NCBI GenBank assembly: GCA_900088475.1
Contig: FLMG01004490.1
Span: forward strand, 1-39,144
DNA: 39,144 bases
Source of the DNA: Hyphochytrium catenoides
Lineage: Eukaryota; Protista; Hyphochytriomycota
Direction: 5' to 3'
In this document: positions 1 to 11,970 of the stretch, piece by piece
How positions within the stretch are numbered: position 1 is the first letter of the stretch
Layout of the letters: each line of letters starts with the position of its first letter
Made by a program: the position numbers and the translations under genes
The notes under the pieces: model-generated
The model's input: the letters and a program-made list of their open reading frames with translations, nothing else
Told to the model about the DNA's origin: nothing
Database searches by the model: none

Positions 1-139
1 GTTCATCGTACATCGAGAAATGTGTGCAATGGAAACCCAAGAACCAAGTAATCTCCTTCTAGCGGGTCTACAGCATGCGGGGAGGTGTTGAAGGGTCAGC
101 TTCGACCCTTCACAATAGGGATTTCGAGCTGCGGGGAGG

Positions 140-406
140 TGTTGGAGTCTGAGAGCACAGCTATGTGGACTACAAGCTGGCAAGCTTAACTACCCAAGTT
201 TCAGCTCTAAACTCCCAGTAGAAGCCGAGATATGAAGCCAACGAAATGTCCCTGTTTATATCTATGGCTTATGGTCAGTACCCCGGAATATCTTCAGGAC
301 TGACTGTTCTAGACAGGGATTTCTCTATGAGTGAATAACTTAGGGTTTAGTAGAGCACTCTCATCTAATGACATTGTCCAATCATCCCCTACAAATCAAT
401 CCAACA
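140..406 (+). mobile_element. 3' LTR of a Ty1/Copia-like retrotransposon whose body extends off the left edge
   Basis: Starts TGTTGG and ends CCAACA (terminal inverted repeat). Preceded by purine tract GCGGGGAGG (131-139) and a Copia-like ORF end (FELRGGVGV*). A highly similar second copy lies at 2516-2838. Confidence 0.75.
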
Positions 407-622
407 TGGCGGTCATTATACTCTCCAAATCTCAGCTTCTAGCTCTTTCTAAATGCTGAGAGATCGCCCTTACAAGTTAGCACAGTTAGCTGCTAGTATT
501 ATGTATGGCGACTCCATTGGTCCATCCTCACCAGATAGAACCTGTTAGATTTATCATTTGGTGGTGAGCACTTTTTTAAACTAATAATAGGGGGGTGTCT
601 GAATATATTGCAGAAAAGTTTT

Positions 623-694
623 GTACGCGCCGGGATTCGAACCCATTCACCACCGTCTTTGATGCCGACACCCTAACCAGTATGCACCATACAC
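623..694 (-). other. Degenerate tRNA-like / SINE-like Pol III element
   Basis: Minus strand has an A-box-like TGGTGCATACTGG, a B-box GGTTCGAATCCC in a T-arm hairpin and TTTT just downstream. Acceptor and anticodon stems pair poorly. Confidence 0.35.
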
Positions 695-773
695 CAAACG
701 TACACTTTGTCTAATCTCCGTTTAAGTTAAATACCCGGGTTTTTTCCCCTCTGCGTCGTCCGCTGTACACTTT

Positions 774-2915
774 TTGGTTTCAGCCTCCATCACAGTTCAA
801 AGAACTACCAGTGTGGGAGGAGAGGGAAGCGTTGGGAATAAGGAAAGGGGTGGAGGCCAGACAATTGACACACAAGCAGCCCAAGAAGAGCAGGACCATG
901 GGGACATTGGAGAACCTGTCCCCGAGACAGCCGAACAAGTTCGTCAGAGAACAATGTTTGGCGAATGGCTGGACGCTTATTTCTTAAAAGGCCGGATCAT
1001 CTCGGGTGAGAAACATGATATGATGGCCAAGTACCTACGGGACTTCCAAAGCGTTGAAAGTTACATACAGGGCCCAAAATCAGTAGTATGGCACTGCTCA
1101 TTTTCGGACTTGGATGCGTAAAAATAAGTTTTCAATGATTTAAATAGGAAACGACGAAAGGATCATGGTACCAGCAACTGACTACCGGCGGGCACAACGG
1201 GGAAAACAGATGGAGGAACTACTCGATCGAGGTCGTTCCTCAAAGAAACTTTTTCAGGTCTTGAGGAGAATTTACCACCAAGGGCACCTTGGCATTGGCA
1301 AAACGAGGAAGGCTATCAAGGCCAGCTTCTACGGGATACCTGACGAGGCTATTGTGCACTTCATTAAGCCCTGCATCCGTCAGCAAACGCGGCCCTTCAC
1401 AAACAAGGCCCCGATCCGACCAATTAAGTCTAGTCAATTTTTGGGAGGCTGGTGATATAACTCATCGACATGAGACGGGAGAGCTTCAGCGGCATGAAGC
1501 ATAACTGGATCCTTCATTGCAAATGCCACTTCACTAAGTTCAGCTTCCTTCTTATTGCCCTACAAAGCAAGCATGCCAGACCTATTGCAGAGGAGCTTGC
1601 CAAAACTTCCGAAGGTTTGGACGCCCAAGGATTCTGCACTCCGACAATGGAAAAGAGTTTGTTGCAAGGGCCGCGACAGAAGGGTTGCGCGCTCTCTTCC
1701 CTGGTGTCAGCTTCATTCACGGAAGATCGAGGCATCCACATAGCCAGGGCCTCGCCTCGAACAGGCAAATGGAGTGGTTGAATATAGACTTGCATCAATG
1801 ATGAGAACTCGGGACACAGAGACCTTACAGCAAGATGCGGGACCGAAAACCCCGCAAGCGACAGTAGTTCAGCAGGATGCAGGACCAGCAAGAAGCAGTA
1901 GGGCAAATTGCAGGACATCCTGAAACTCAGCAAGAAGCAGGCGCCTAAAATGGACAGAGCCTTTGGCAAAAACTCGGCAGGATGCAACCGCCGCCTCGAA
2001 TAAAAATGGGACGGTCCTTCCTGATGATAATGACCAGCCCTCTCCAGAGGCTAAGCAGCACTCATCCGACGTCTCAGACTTCGAGGACAGTAACCTCCAC
2101 TACACACAAGATGCGTGATAAGCTGAGGATAAGCCCCAGCAGAGCAAGAGAGCATATGGCCACCCGAGGTAAAAAGCGGCTTGCCATTTATGAAGTTGGA
2201 GCATTGGTCGGATTAAAGAAGACTAAGGTGGACCGTCCTGGCAAGTTCGACGCTAAAACAATTCCCTGCCGTGTGGTGCAGAGAACAGGAGGCTCCTACA
2301 CACTGCAATGCGAGTTTGGGCTGATTACTCCAAGCTCTGATCTTCATGAGCTCAGCGGAGCCTCAGCAGTCTTGTTCGATCCCATACTCCCGGATACGAA
2401 CTTGTCGTTACTACCTAAGGTAACAGTTATTGAAGTGGCTACCAAACTGACAACATCCACTAGACGGCACGGACGCTGCGGTTGTCGGTCTGGATGTAGA
2501 GGTCATCATTGTAAGTGTTGGAGTCTGAGGGCACATCTATGTGGACTACAAGCTGGCAAGCTTAACTACCCAAGTTTCAGCTCCAAACTCCCAGTAGAAG
2601 CCGAGATATGAAGGAAACGATTTGTCCCTGTTTATATCTATGGCTTATGGTCAGTATTCCGGAATACCTTCAAGACTGACTGTTCTAGACAGGGATTTCT
2701 CTATGACTGAATATCTTAGGGTCTATTAGGAATAGTTGGCATAGTCAGTATAGCTCTAGATTATGGGACCCCAGTTGGGCTTATAAGTAGAGCACTCTCA
2801 TCTAATGACATTGTCCAATTATCCTATATAATCCAAGAGTAAGTGCAGAAATTCTGGTTCAAGATGCACAACTCAGTGCTACGAGGGCAATAAATGTGGA
2901 GAATCTGCCTTCTGA
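774..2915 (+). pseudogene. Decayed KRBA2/SCAND3/Ginger-like DDE integrase (transposase) with frameshifts and a solo-LTR insertion
   Basis: Motifs spread across frames: zinc-binding HQGHLGIGKT...FYGIPDEAIVHFIKPC; core HNWILHCKCHFTKFSFL, FGRPRILHSDNGKEF and HGRSRHPHSQG (the expected ER is lost); C-terminal VGALVGLKKTKVDR...YTLQCEFG; Cys-rich CGCRSGCRGHHCKC|RNSGSRCTTQCYEGNKC completed after removing 2516-2843. Confidence 0.8.
2516..2838 (+). mobile_element. Solo LTR, same family as 140-406, with 5-bp target-site duplication GTAAG
   Basis: TGTTGG...CCAAGA flanked by GTAAG at 2511-2515 and 2839-2843. Colinear with 140-406 apart from an indel of about 60 bp. Confidence 0.85.
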
Positions 2916-2959
2916 AGAATAGAATAGTAATGAATGGGAATGCTAAATTCCGTAGTCTA

Positions 2960-4160
2960 ATCACGTAGCACTTGTCGTCCCTTGAACCGTTACTCCACTG
3001 TTGCTCTAAGTTAGCCCCATATCCAGCAACATAGCTTCGTCCAATGACCATTGAGGTAGATTTCCGCATCATTGGACCAACTTAGTTCAATTACAAGCAG
3101 AATAACCCTAAGTTAGCCTAATGGTCATTATTCTAGCGTACCCTCCTGGCATAGAAGTAGCCTTACCCACTGTTGTCCTACGCTACTTCTTTCAATGGCT
3201 GTCTATTTAACTTCCAGTGATGGCATTTGGTGTAGCTTACCCCGACATTGCCCAAACCGATATCAATTCCCAATGATGTAGCTTCTGCTGGTACGAATGG
3301 ATGCAAATTGCTCCAATGATGGCCGANNNNNNNNNNNNNNNNNNNNNNNNNNNNNNNNNNNNNNNNNNNNNNNNNNNNNNNNNNNNNNNNNNNNNNNNNN
3401 NNNNNNNNNNNNNNNNNNNNNNNNNNNNNNNNNNNNNNNNNNNNNNNNNNNNNNNNNNATGACCATTGACGTAGCTTCGACCAATATCTGTCGATTTAGA
3501 TTAGCTCGTTGTTGGTCAAGGTTACCTCTGACTCATCAGTTTATTCTCTACAGAAGGTTGTGGGTGTAGCTTACGCCGATTATTGAGGGATATTATTCCA
3601 ACGACCATTGGCCTGCTATTCCCTAGCAGTTGTTGTCGTCACTTAGTCAAATGTTGGCAGTTGTTACCTTAATCGTCATTAGCCAAGCTTACTTTCAAGT
3701 AATTGCAGCAAGTTAACCTGTCGTTGAGCAAGTGTATCTCAAGACCAGTGATCTTCTAAATTGACGTAGCGAAGTCCCAATGGACATTGGGATACAGTAC
3801 TCCAATGTCGGGATAAGGTTTTATTCATGGTCAGCAGGACTAACATACGTTAATGTTGTTGAGCGATGTTAGTACAACGTTATTGTAATTTGGGCCCTTG
3901 TATGAGGGAATAGTCTACCTTGATAACCATCGTATAAACTTACACCAACATTGGGCTACTACAGTACTGTATTCTACCACTAGTTTGCGGAAGTAAGGCC
4001 AATGGTAATCGAAGAAAGGTCACCCAACATTGCGATAGCCTATCTCAACGTTGAGATTACTGCTTTTTCACTTTTGCAAATATTTCTGGTAGAAATGAAT
4101 TTTTTCAGGAGAAGAGCTTAGACCAACATTGGCGTAGCATACTACAATGTTCTCTAGAAT
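2960..4160. repeat. Degenerate AT-rich tandem array with units of about 22-25 bp; spans assembly gap 3327-3458
   Basis: Recurrent GTAGCTT/TAGC, ATGACCATTG and CCAACATTG motifs; no convincing ORF. Confidence 0.5.
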
Positions 4161-4282
4161 CAACAGACAAAATTTATTGGAGTAAGCGAATCCGATACTG
4201 GTGCCCTCCACGGCACTAACTTACACCTACAGGTTGGCTGTTGGGAAAGTTATTTCACACTATAGCTTAATCCGACAGAACA

Positions 4283-4655
4283 ATGATAAGAAGATTGTCT
4301 TCTAGTCACATACCTTATTCTACAGGCACTCCCTATCGCCAGGCAGTGGGGGCGTTACTCTATGTCATGGTGTGCACCCGGCGTGCCATCATCGCGCATG
4401 CGGTGGTAAGCCGTGAGCCAACATATAACTGCCTTCCGCCACGGACACAACAGCAGAGATACGATCAAACACATCCTCACCTGCCTGGTTACCCACAACA
4501 AGACTGCTTGCTGCTGTGTCTTGTTGGAGGGGATGATGCAACTCTTGGTGGTACAAGCTGATGCTGACTGGGCTAGTGAACCAACCAGCTGGCCGCAAGT
4601 CCATCAACCCACCATAGCTGAAGCAACGGTGCGCTCGATGGTACAGCGCCGCTAA
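4283..4655 (+). pseudogene. Ty1/Copia RT C-terminus to RNase H remnant
   Basis: PYRQAVGALLYVMVCTR..IAHAVVSR resembles the Copia PYR.AVGSL.Y...TRPDI..AV motif, and DADWAS resembles the Copia RNase H DADWA motif. They lie in different frames with deletions. Confidence 0.75.
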
Positions 4656-5672
4656 ACGACGGTGCTTCTGCCTACTAGTGAAGAGAGTGAATGTTGTGTG
4701 TTGTGGGATGTGTGGCATGGGTGGTGGTGCTCCTACTGTAAATGGGCAAACGCCAAGGTGCACCTTCAGTGCATGACGACCCCTGCTGCTAATTAATTAT
4801 TCACATGGAAATGCCACGCTTTCTGATGGTTTGACTTTATCTATTCTTTACTTTGGATCTGCTTTGTGATGGGAGATAAAAAAGCCCCGGATCAACTTCC
4901 CGAAGCCTTCGGTTCCCTGAAGCCAAACTTATCAAGGGAGAAACTGAGGAGCAGGCTGTGCAGCACTCACCACTAGGATCTTATTGAGTGTTTGGCTGCC
5001 TGCCGTTATGTCATCTTTATGTTACGATCTTTGGGACCTCACCGCCTCTACTACTCTTTTGGCGCACGAGAGATGAGTGATTGCTGGTAGGGCAATGACT
5101 GAGGAGGAGGTAATAGGTAGTCAAGCGCTTTACAGGATACCGACCACTCGACTCTCTGCCCAAGACAACCTAACGGGGACGTAACACGAAGGTAATGTGC
5201 CGGTCTGGTGATAATTGAGCGTGTTCCAAACAGTCGATAGACGTAGATTGTCCTTATACTTTCTCAACGGCCTTCTTCCTTATCACTCAAATAGTCAAAG
5301 CCTCGTACTGGGCGCAGCTTCAAAGAGTTATCGTAGATCCGACTTTTATTCATGGTCAGAGCAGTCTCCCTCCTTTATTCTGTTGACATTCGCTGCGACT
5401 GTTTGGCTGGCCATCATGCTGCGCTGGCTGACGTAGCGTCGGGCTAGATGTTGATATGCAGCACGGCACCAAAGCCGACCTTGCCCACGATGGCGCAAAG
5501 CGATCCCTTTTCCCAAAACTGCGTTTGGCTGTAAAGACAGGTATCTTCGTGCTCGCCCCAAGATATCGTCTTCTAAAGTACAACTACGTTGTGAGGATAT
5601 CTCCGACAGCGATAACGCTGAGCTGTTCCTCCTCATTGTTCTGTCTAGCAGTGGCTGCAGGTATACAGCGAC

Positions 5673-6695
5673 TTAGATGAAGCCTAACATCCAGAGCACC
5701 AGAATCATTAGCGCCACATAGGCGATCGTGCCCATGGGACTTTCCTGCTGGTAGTATTCCTGCTGCTGGCGCCTACTACGCCACGTGTATGTGTCAGCGG
5801 CAGCCATATTTGAGATGCCTACTACGGATGACAGCCTCAACTACTAGTCTACAGCAGAACAATCCTTACCTAAGCAGCTCTTCTTCAGCTTCCGCGCGCG
5901 GTTGCCTCTGCCGTCGCCTACTTCGAGGAGCTGCTCCCGTAGTTGTCTGATGGAAGGTCGCGAAAGGAAAACCTCCGGCTTGTCCGCCGAAAGAGGTGGT
6001 GTACACCCGGACGCCAGGCATGGAGGCGCCGCCCTGAGCTCCTCCAGCCATTGCGCGAAAGAGTTCCTCGAAGAGAAGATCCTGGCCACCTCGAGCCCCG
6101 CCCATCCCGCCAAAAAAAGCTCGGAAGATATCCTCCGCGTTGGCTGCAGTAAAACCCGCGTGGTAATTCCCGCCGCCCCCTCCACCAGGAGAGCCGCCCA
6201 CTCCGGCCACTCCGAACTGATTGTAAGCTTCCCGTTTCTGTGGGTCTGAGAGCACCGAGTAAGCCTAGAAAAGAGGCGGGCGAGAGGAGGGATTAGAGCA
6301 CGAATTATGGAGTTAGGAGAAAAGTCCATAACAGAGATTGGTCACTTTATCACGGGAGACACGTCACCTCTCCTATCTCCTTGAACCTTTTCTCCGCTTC
6401 CTCCTTATTATCAAGATTCTTGTCTGCAGCGGTACGTGGCAGCGTGGGAGAAATGGGGCAATGTGGAGAGGGAGGGAAGTGAAGGAAAGAAAGCACGCAG
6501 TCAAGTCAGTTTGTTTCCTCCTTTAAAGCTCTTTCAAAAGAGGCAGAGGGAAGTGGACAGACATGCCAAGCAACAGCAAGCACACGGACCAGGATGCCAT
6601 CGGACGGCGAGCTTCCTGTAGGCGCGCTTGACTTCCTCGTCAGTTGCACTCCTGGCCACCCCCAATACTTCATAGTAGTCGACTTCTGCAGTCAT
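5673..6695 (-). CDS. DnaJ/Hsp40 J-domain protein with G/F-rich region and C-terminal transmembrane tail anchor; exons 6695-6590, 6423-6368, 6264-5870, 5772-5673
   Basis: Spliced translation [35 protein letters not shown]|[19 protein letters not shown]|[18 protein letters not shown] has the HPD motif, then a G/F region, and ends [18 protein letters not shown]. Probable 5'UTR intron at about 6951-6722. Confidence 0.9.
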
Positions 6696-7568
6696 GGAGC
6701 TGGCACTCGATTCTCAAAGTCCTAAGCGGATGAGAAGCTAGGAGCAGCTGCCAGCTTCAATGCGCAGCAGCAGCTCCGAACGATGAGGCCCAAGGTCGCT
6801 CCTCCCCCTAGCTTAGTCTGGCTGCCTCCGATGACAAGAATCACCCCCCCGCCAGGTGTTCGCTTACAAGAGGAAAGGAGCAGATAGTTTTGGCGGCGGG
6901 CGGCCCGGGAAAGGAGTTCCCCCTTGGATGCGGCGCTAGGTGACACGCTTACCGCTGCTGGATCCTTGCGATCTGCTCAGCTTTCTCGCTCTGTGTCACT
7001 GAGGGTCTGCTGCTGCTGCTGCCTGCCTGCCTGCGTTCTATGCTGAGGTGAGCGGCCCGTGCAGGGTAGGGCAGGGAGGGTGTCGGTGCCTCAGAGAAAG
7101 AGGAGGGCGGGCATCGGATGTGAGGAATGAGGAAGGACTACTCGTAAACGGCAAAAGCAGCCCCCAACAATATCACTTCTGAACTCCCCCAGGACAGAGA
7201 AGCAGGTCTGAGGGGAGGTGTGGGAGGAAGAGGAAGAAGATCACTCTCTCTACCTACAGTGATCCCTCCTCATAGGCTCATAGGAGAGCAGAAGGAGAGG
7301 AGAGGCACGAGTGATCGGAGCTCGGCAGGAGGTCGGCAGGCCTGGCGGGCGGCAGCAGATAATGGGACGACATAGGCAGTGCGACCGGGATGACGGCGCT
7401 CTTCAACTGAAGGCAAGTCACGGCGGGCCGTCGGAAAGTGTCCACGGTGCCAGATCCAAAACCAAAGAGTGTCGGATTCGAGAGCCTCTGGACCAATGTA
7501 GAGCAGCCGCAGTGACTTGCGGATTACATCGACTACCGACTGAAAATTAGCACGCCTTGCTGCTGATC

Positions 7569-8712
7569 ATGGGAGCGGGTAACAAGAGACCACGACCAGA
7601 AGATCGTGCGCCGAAGCTGCCTGTCGATCGGCCGACCGCCGGGCTACGGAAGCAGCCTGCTTCGACTTTCCTCCAAGTGAGTCTCANNNNNNNNNNNNNN
7701 NNNNNNNNNNNNNNNNNNNNNNNNNNNNNNNNNNNNNNNNNNNNNNNCTGGACTTTGTCTCCATTGCCGCTGTGCGTGCGACAGGTAGAAGAGACTGTGC
7801 TTGGTCAGGCTGTGTTCAACGGCTTCCTAGACTCGCTGTTCAAGGTAACAGTCGCTTCTTTGGTCAGTCGCCGTTGGCTGGCCGGGGGCCTCCACTATGT
7901 GACGGCGCTCGACCTGCACCAGACGAAGATTACCGATGAAGTACTGCTCCATGTTGTCTGTCGACGATATCCGGCGCTCGAGACCTTGGATCTGCGGTGG
8001 TGCGATGGCCTGACGGGCGAGGGGTTGTCCTGTCTGGGCCAGCTCTCTAGCTTGAGAGTTTTAAACCTCAGGGGATGCACGGCCATATCTGATGGAGACC
8101 TTGCCGCTCTTGTTTGCTGTCCGCTTCAAGAGTTAGAGCTGACCGGTTGCCTGAAAGTAACAGATCGAGCACTGCGGGTGCTGAAAGAGATTCCGCAACT
8201 GGAGCGACTGCGGCTGTCGATGTGCCATCAGATAACGGATGGGGGACTTGCTCTCTTTCAGCGCTCGGCTTTAAAGGAACTGGAAGTCGCCTGCTGTGCC
8301 AGACTGACTGACAAGGCAATGGCCTCCATCGCCACCCTGTCACACCTGCAGTTCTTGGACATCAGCGGCTGTCGATTCATATCTGATCTCGGACTAGCCT
8401 TCCTTCGCCAAATCCNNNNNNNNNNNNNNNNNNNNNNNNNNNNNNNNNNNNNNNNNNNNNCGAGGGTCTCAGGCTTTGCGAGAGGAGTTTTTGAAGTCTC
8501 TGACAGCCCTGCCGAAGCTTCACACGCTAGATGTTTCCTGCTGCGAGCGCCTGACAATGGAGAGCCTGGAGAGGGCTCGAAAGCTGTTCCGCCCCGAGGT
8601 TGAGATCATCGACAGCTTTCCCCGCTTTCCACTAAAACCACTACTCGACACTGTCACGGATCAGCCCCAGGTTGAAGCAGGAGGAGCAGAAGCGGCCACA
8701 ACCTTGACTTGA
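7569..8712 (+). CDS. F-box/leucine-rich-repeat (FBXL, RNI-like) protein; intron about 7677-7784; two N gaps
   Basis: F-box-like FLQVEETVLGQAVFNGFL...LVSRRW, then Cys-containing LRRs (LETLDLRWCDGLT, LRVLNLRGCTAISD, LQFLDISGCRFISD, LHTLDVSCCERLT). The frame change falls in gap 8416-8460. Confidence 0.8.
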
Positions 8713-10000
8713 AGTGCGCTGCAATAATTCCGAGGATCTTCTCTGTACGGTGACTGCTCCTCACCTAGGCTACATCAGTTTGGCGATGGCTGTTTGTCCG
8801 ATCTCGAGGAAGCTGGCTCGACATCAAGATATGAAAGAGGCAGTAGAAGAATGGACGTTTTCTGATTAGGTGTACTCTTATTAGTGCCTCACTCTGCTAA
8901 TACAAGCTCACGCTACAATGACTGGAAGTAACCGATGCATGACAGCCTTCAGATCATCTCTACATCTGCCATGCAGCTTCAGCAAGCAACAGCCCCAAAG
9001 TCTACTCACTGCTGCGTAGCCCTGGAAGGAGTCTCAGCAGCTGCTGCCTGGTCCACCCCGGAGCCCATGTCCCTCCGCTGTGTCTGTGTGGTGAGGCCTG
9101 AGGGAACAGGCGACATGATCATCGGCCTCTCATCTGCGGAGCGCCAACTCGTCTGCTGCTCTGCCCTGGCCTTCCTTTCCTTTCCTTTGTCTGCGGCTGG
9201 GGGACGGACACTGGACCTTCCAAACTATGTTGAAAGGTGTTGAGCTCTCTATGTAGTGTGATGCAGAAGGTCCGTTAGCGGTCTCTCCAGTGGGGCCGCT
9301 AACGGCCGGCTGGAAGGTGGCGTAGGCTGTGTTCGGTCCTCCTCTCTCCTCTCTCTCTCCTTCCCTTCTCACCCTTCCGAAGCGGGGATTTGAATCTATC
9401 TGCCGCCAGCTCTCCTCCCACTCCCGCCCTCCTGATCATTCCGCGGCGCCTTCTTTGAGCTCTGAGCTCTCTCTCTCTCTCTCGTGCCGGATCGTCTGCC
9501 TGAACTTATAAAGCTTGAGACTTTAGAAGCTCCTTGGTGGACGCTGGCCTGTCATCAGGCACATTAGTTATCTAAACTCTTGCCCGCATCGTTACCTTCC
9601 GTGCTCCTTATGACAAGAAAACTTTTGAATCACTCGGGTTCTTGGTTCTCTCAATGCATCTGTCCCAAGCGACAGACAGGCCAGTCAGGAGCACGGCCGC
9701 GCGACTAGAGCTCTGACTCCGCCCGTTACTACCTTTCTTCTCTCCAATAAGAGGAGAGCAATTGCCCGGCTGCTATTGTGGAACCTTTCTGGAAACAGCG
9801 TGAAAATTTGCAAGAGGTGCACACTTTTTGCCTTGCCTGGAAGACTGACCCACGCCGCCGCTGCCGCAGGATGGTTAATAGCTGCTGCTGACCCTGAGTG
9901 CCAGCTACTGAGATGCAAGACAACCAGGACGCTCTGGATTGAGCATAGACTAAGCTCCCAAACATTGGCTGGGTAGATTAGATAGAGAGGTGGAAGGGAG

Positions 10001-10798
10001 ATGGGGAAGCGTGAGAAGCGTCGTCTCCATAAGAAGGCGCCAGGAGCGCCAAAGCGGGGTAAAAGCCCGTACATTCTCTTCAGCATGGACAAACGGGAAG
10101 AGATCAAGGCACAGCTGGCCCCAGACGCGAAGGTGAAGCAAAAGTCACCATGCCGTGTCTTTTCTTGGTCCTCAAAGTCTCTTTGTTCTCATCTTACCCG
10201 TCACTCTGCCGCCCATCATCACGCTGCTTCCAGGTGACAGAAGTAATGCGTGCGATCGCTGATGCTTGGTCCCGGCTATCCGAGGAGGAGAAGCAGCCCT
10301 GGAAGACCGCGGCAGATGCTGACAAGCAGCGGTATGAGGAGGAGATGGCGAACTATGACGGGCCGCTGAGAGTTCCTAACAAGCGTGCAAAGAAGGATCC
10401 GGTAAGCAGCCTTCCCACCCTTTGCAGCAGTATGATTTCTACTAATGTGAGAATATATGGTAGGAAGCTCCAAAGCGCGCGATGTCGGCCTTTCTGTATT
10501 ACAGCCAAGTCATGCGGCCACGGATCAAGGCGGGACATCCAGAGAAAGGGAACACCGAGATATCCAAGCTGCTTGGGGAATACTGGTCACAGTGTTCGGA
10601 GGAGGAGAAGGAGGAATACATTGAGAAGGCAAGGGAGGATCTAGCGCGGTACAAGCGGGAGATGGAAGATTGGAATAGCGTGCGGCATGGTGGAGGTAAG
10701 ATAACACTTGTGTCAAGAGAGATCGCTAAGCTGCTCTGAAACAATTCTCTGCAGAGGATGAAGAGGAAGAGCTGGACTATGATACGACAGGCGCTTAG
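10001..10798 (+). CDS. HMGB-type protein with two HMG boxes and a short acidic tail; exons 10001-10132, 10234-10401, 10464-10695, 10755-10798
   Basis: APKRGKSPYILFS...VMRAIADAWSRLSEEEKQPW; KKDP|EAPKRAMSAFLYYS...EISKLLGEYW; tail EDEEEELDYDTTGA*. All junctions are GT-AG and in frame. Confidence 0.92.
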
Positions 10799-11970
10799 AA
10801 CAAGGAACTTCACAACCCCCAGTGGGTTGTCTCGAGCTCTAAAGCTGTGCTGGCCTCTCTCCTGTCCGCTGTGAGCCCTAAGCCTTTTAGGAGGCGGTAA
10901 TCGGCCGCGCAACGAGTCATTCAACCTCTGCTCTTGTCTCCACGCGGTTTCCGGCTGTACTGAAGGCGATCAGGGAGGATGTTGTGCCAGGGGCCACAGG
11001 GAACTGTGGGCCACTATACTCCCTAGCAGACATAGACCAACACACATCCATTCCCTCTCCCATCTGCAACATCTGCATGGGTAAAGTGCTAGCTTTCCTC
11101 GTGAGCTCGGCGAGAGTGCTCATAGAGAGCCCAGGTCGGGGCGGGCAGCGAGCACTAGCGAAAGAACTGTGTATACCTTATGCCACTTATTTCTACCTAT
11201 TGTAAATACACTCTTCTCAATACCTAGCAGCCCCTCTGGCACGTCTGGCGCTAGTCATCCTTGCCATCAGCTCCCGGACGCAGGAGAATGCCTTTATTTG
11301 CGGACTAGCGGGAGCTGAGTTGGTGAAGAAAGCACCGGGATTGGGTGAAGCATGAGAGATGTGAGAGGCGGCGATGCTTATTGCGTAGATGGCGATGACA
11401 GATATCAGCGGCTGTCTGTTGATGTAGGCAATGCAGGTGGGGAACGGCAAGCCCAGCACAGCCAAGGATTTAAAGAGTGCATGCCGCCATGACCTCGGAT
11501 TCTATACTTTAACATGTGAGCTGTGAGGCCCAGGAGAGTAGGGAGGGAGACATGCGGACCTGCGAGCTCAACTTGGTCCCCGCCCGCCGGAGCAGAGGCG
11601 GCGTCTGCTTCTCCTGCTGCCGCTTCACATCCAAGGCATACGAGACTGCTCCACTATTGGTAGCTGAGCAATGCAGCTCCTGCAAGACCTGCTAACGACT
11701 AAGGTCTCGGCTGCATCAGCCCGACGTGAAGAGCCAAAACAAGCGCTAAAATCCCGGAGCACCTTCCTCCTTCCTTTCCCTCCTCTCCCTCCTCTCTCCC
11801 TCTGTCAGGAGCTCTGCTCGTCCTCGGGCCCGCTCCCGCGCCCGCCGCCAGTGAGCCATCATTTGCCGATAATCTCCAGCAGAGAAATCATCTTCATCAG
11901 CGCATCCACCTCTAAAGAGACCGGATTCTGCCCGCTCGGCCACCTGTGGTCCTTCCTTCTCCTCGTCGTC

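Noticed and set aside
140-2838. The two LTR copies as the 5' and 3' LTRs of one element enclosing the integrase
   Set aside because: The second copy has its own TSD and interrupts the integrase ORF. The first copy is preceded by a polypurine tract, so it is a 3' LTR. They are independent insertions.
2960-4160. CRISPR-like array
   Set aside because: No identical repeats with unique spacers, no cas genes, and a eukaryotic context.
4692-4805. Possible LTR after the Copia RNase H remnant (purine run followed by TGTTG)
   Set aside because: No matching CAACA end, TSD or second copy in the window.
5095-5680. Plus-strand spliced gene convergent with the DnaJ gene
   Set aside because: Splice-like signals exist, but I could not build a consistent open frame or find any motif.
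8416-8476. Frameshift in the F-box/LRR gene
   Set aside because: It coincides with an N gap of estimated length, which may also hide an intron.
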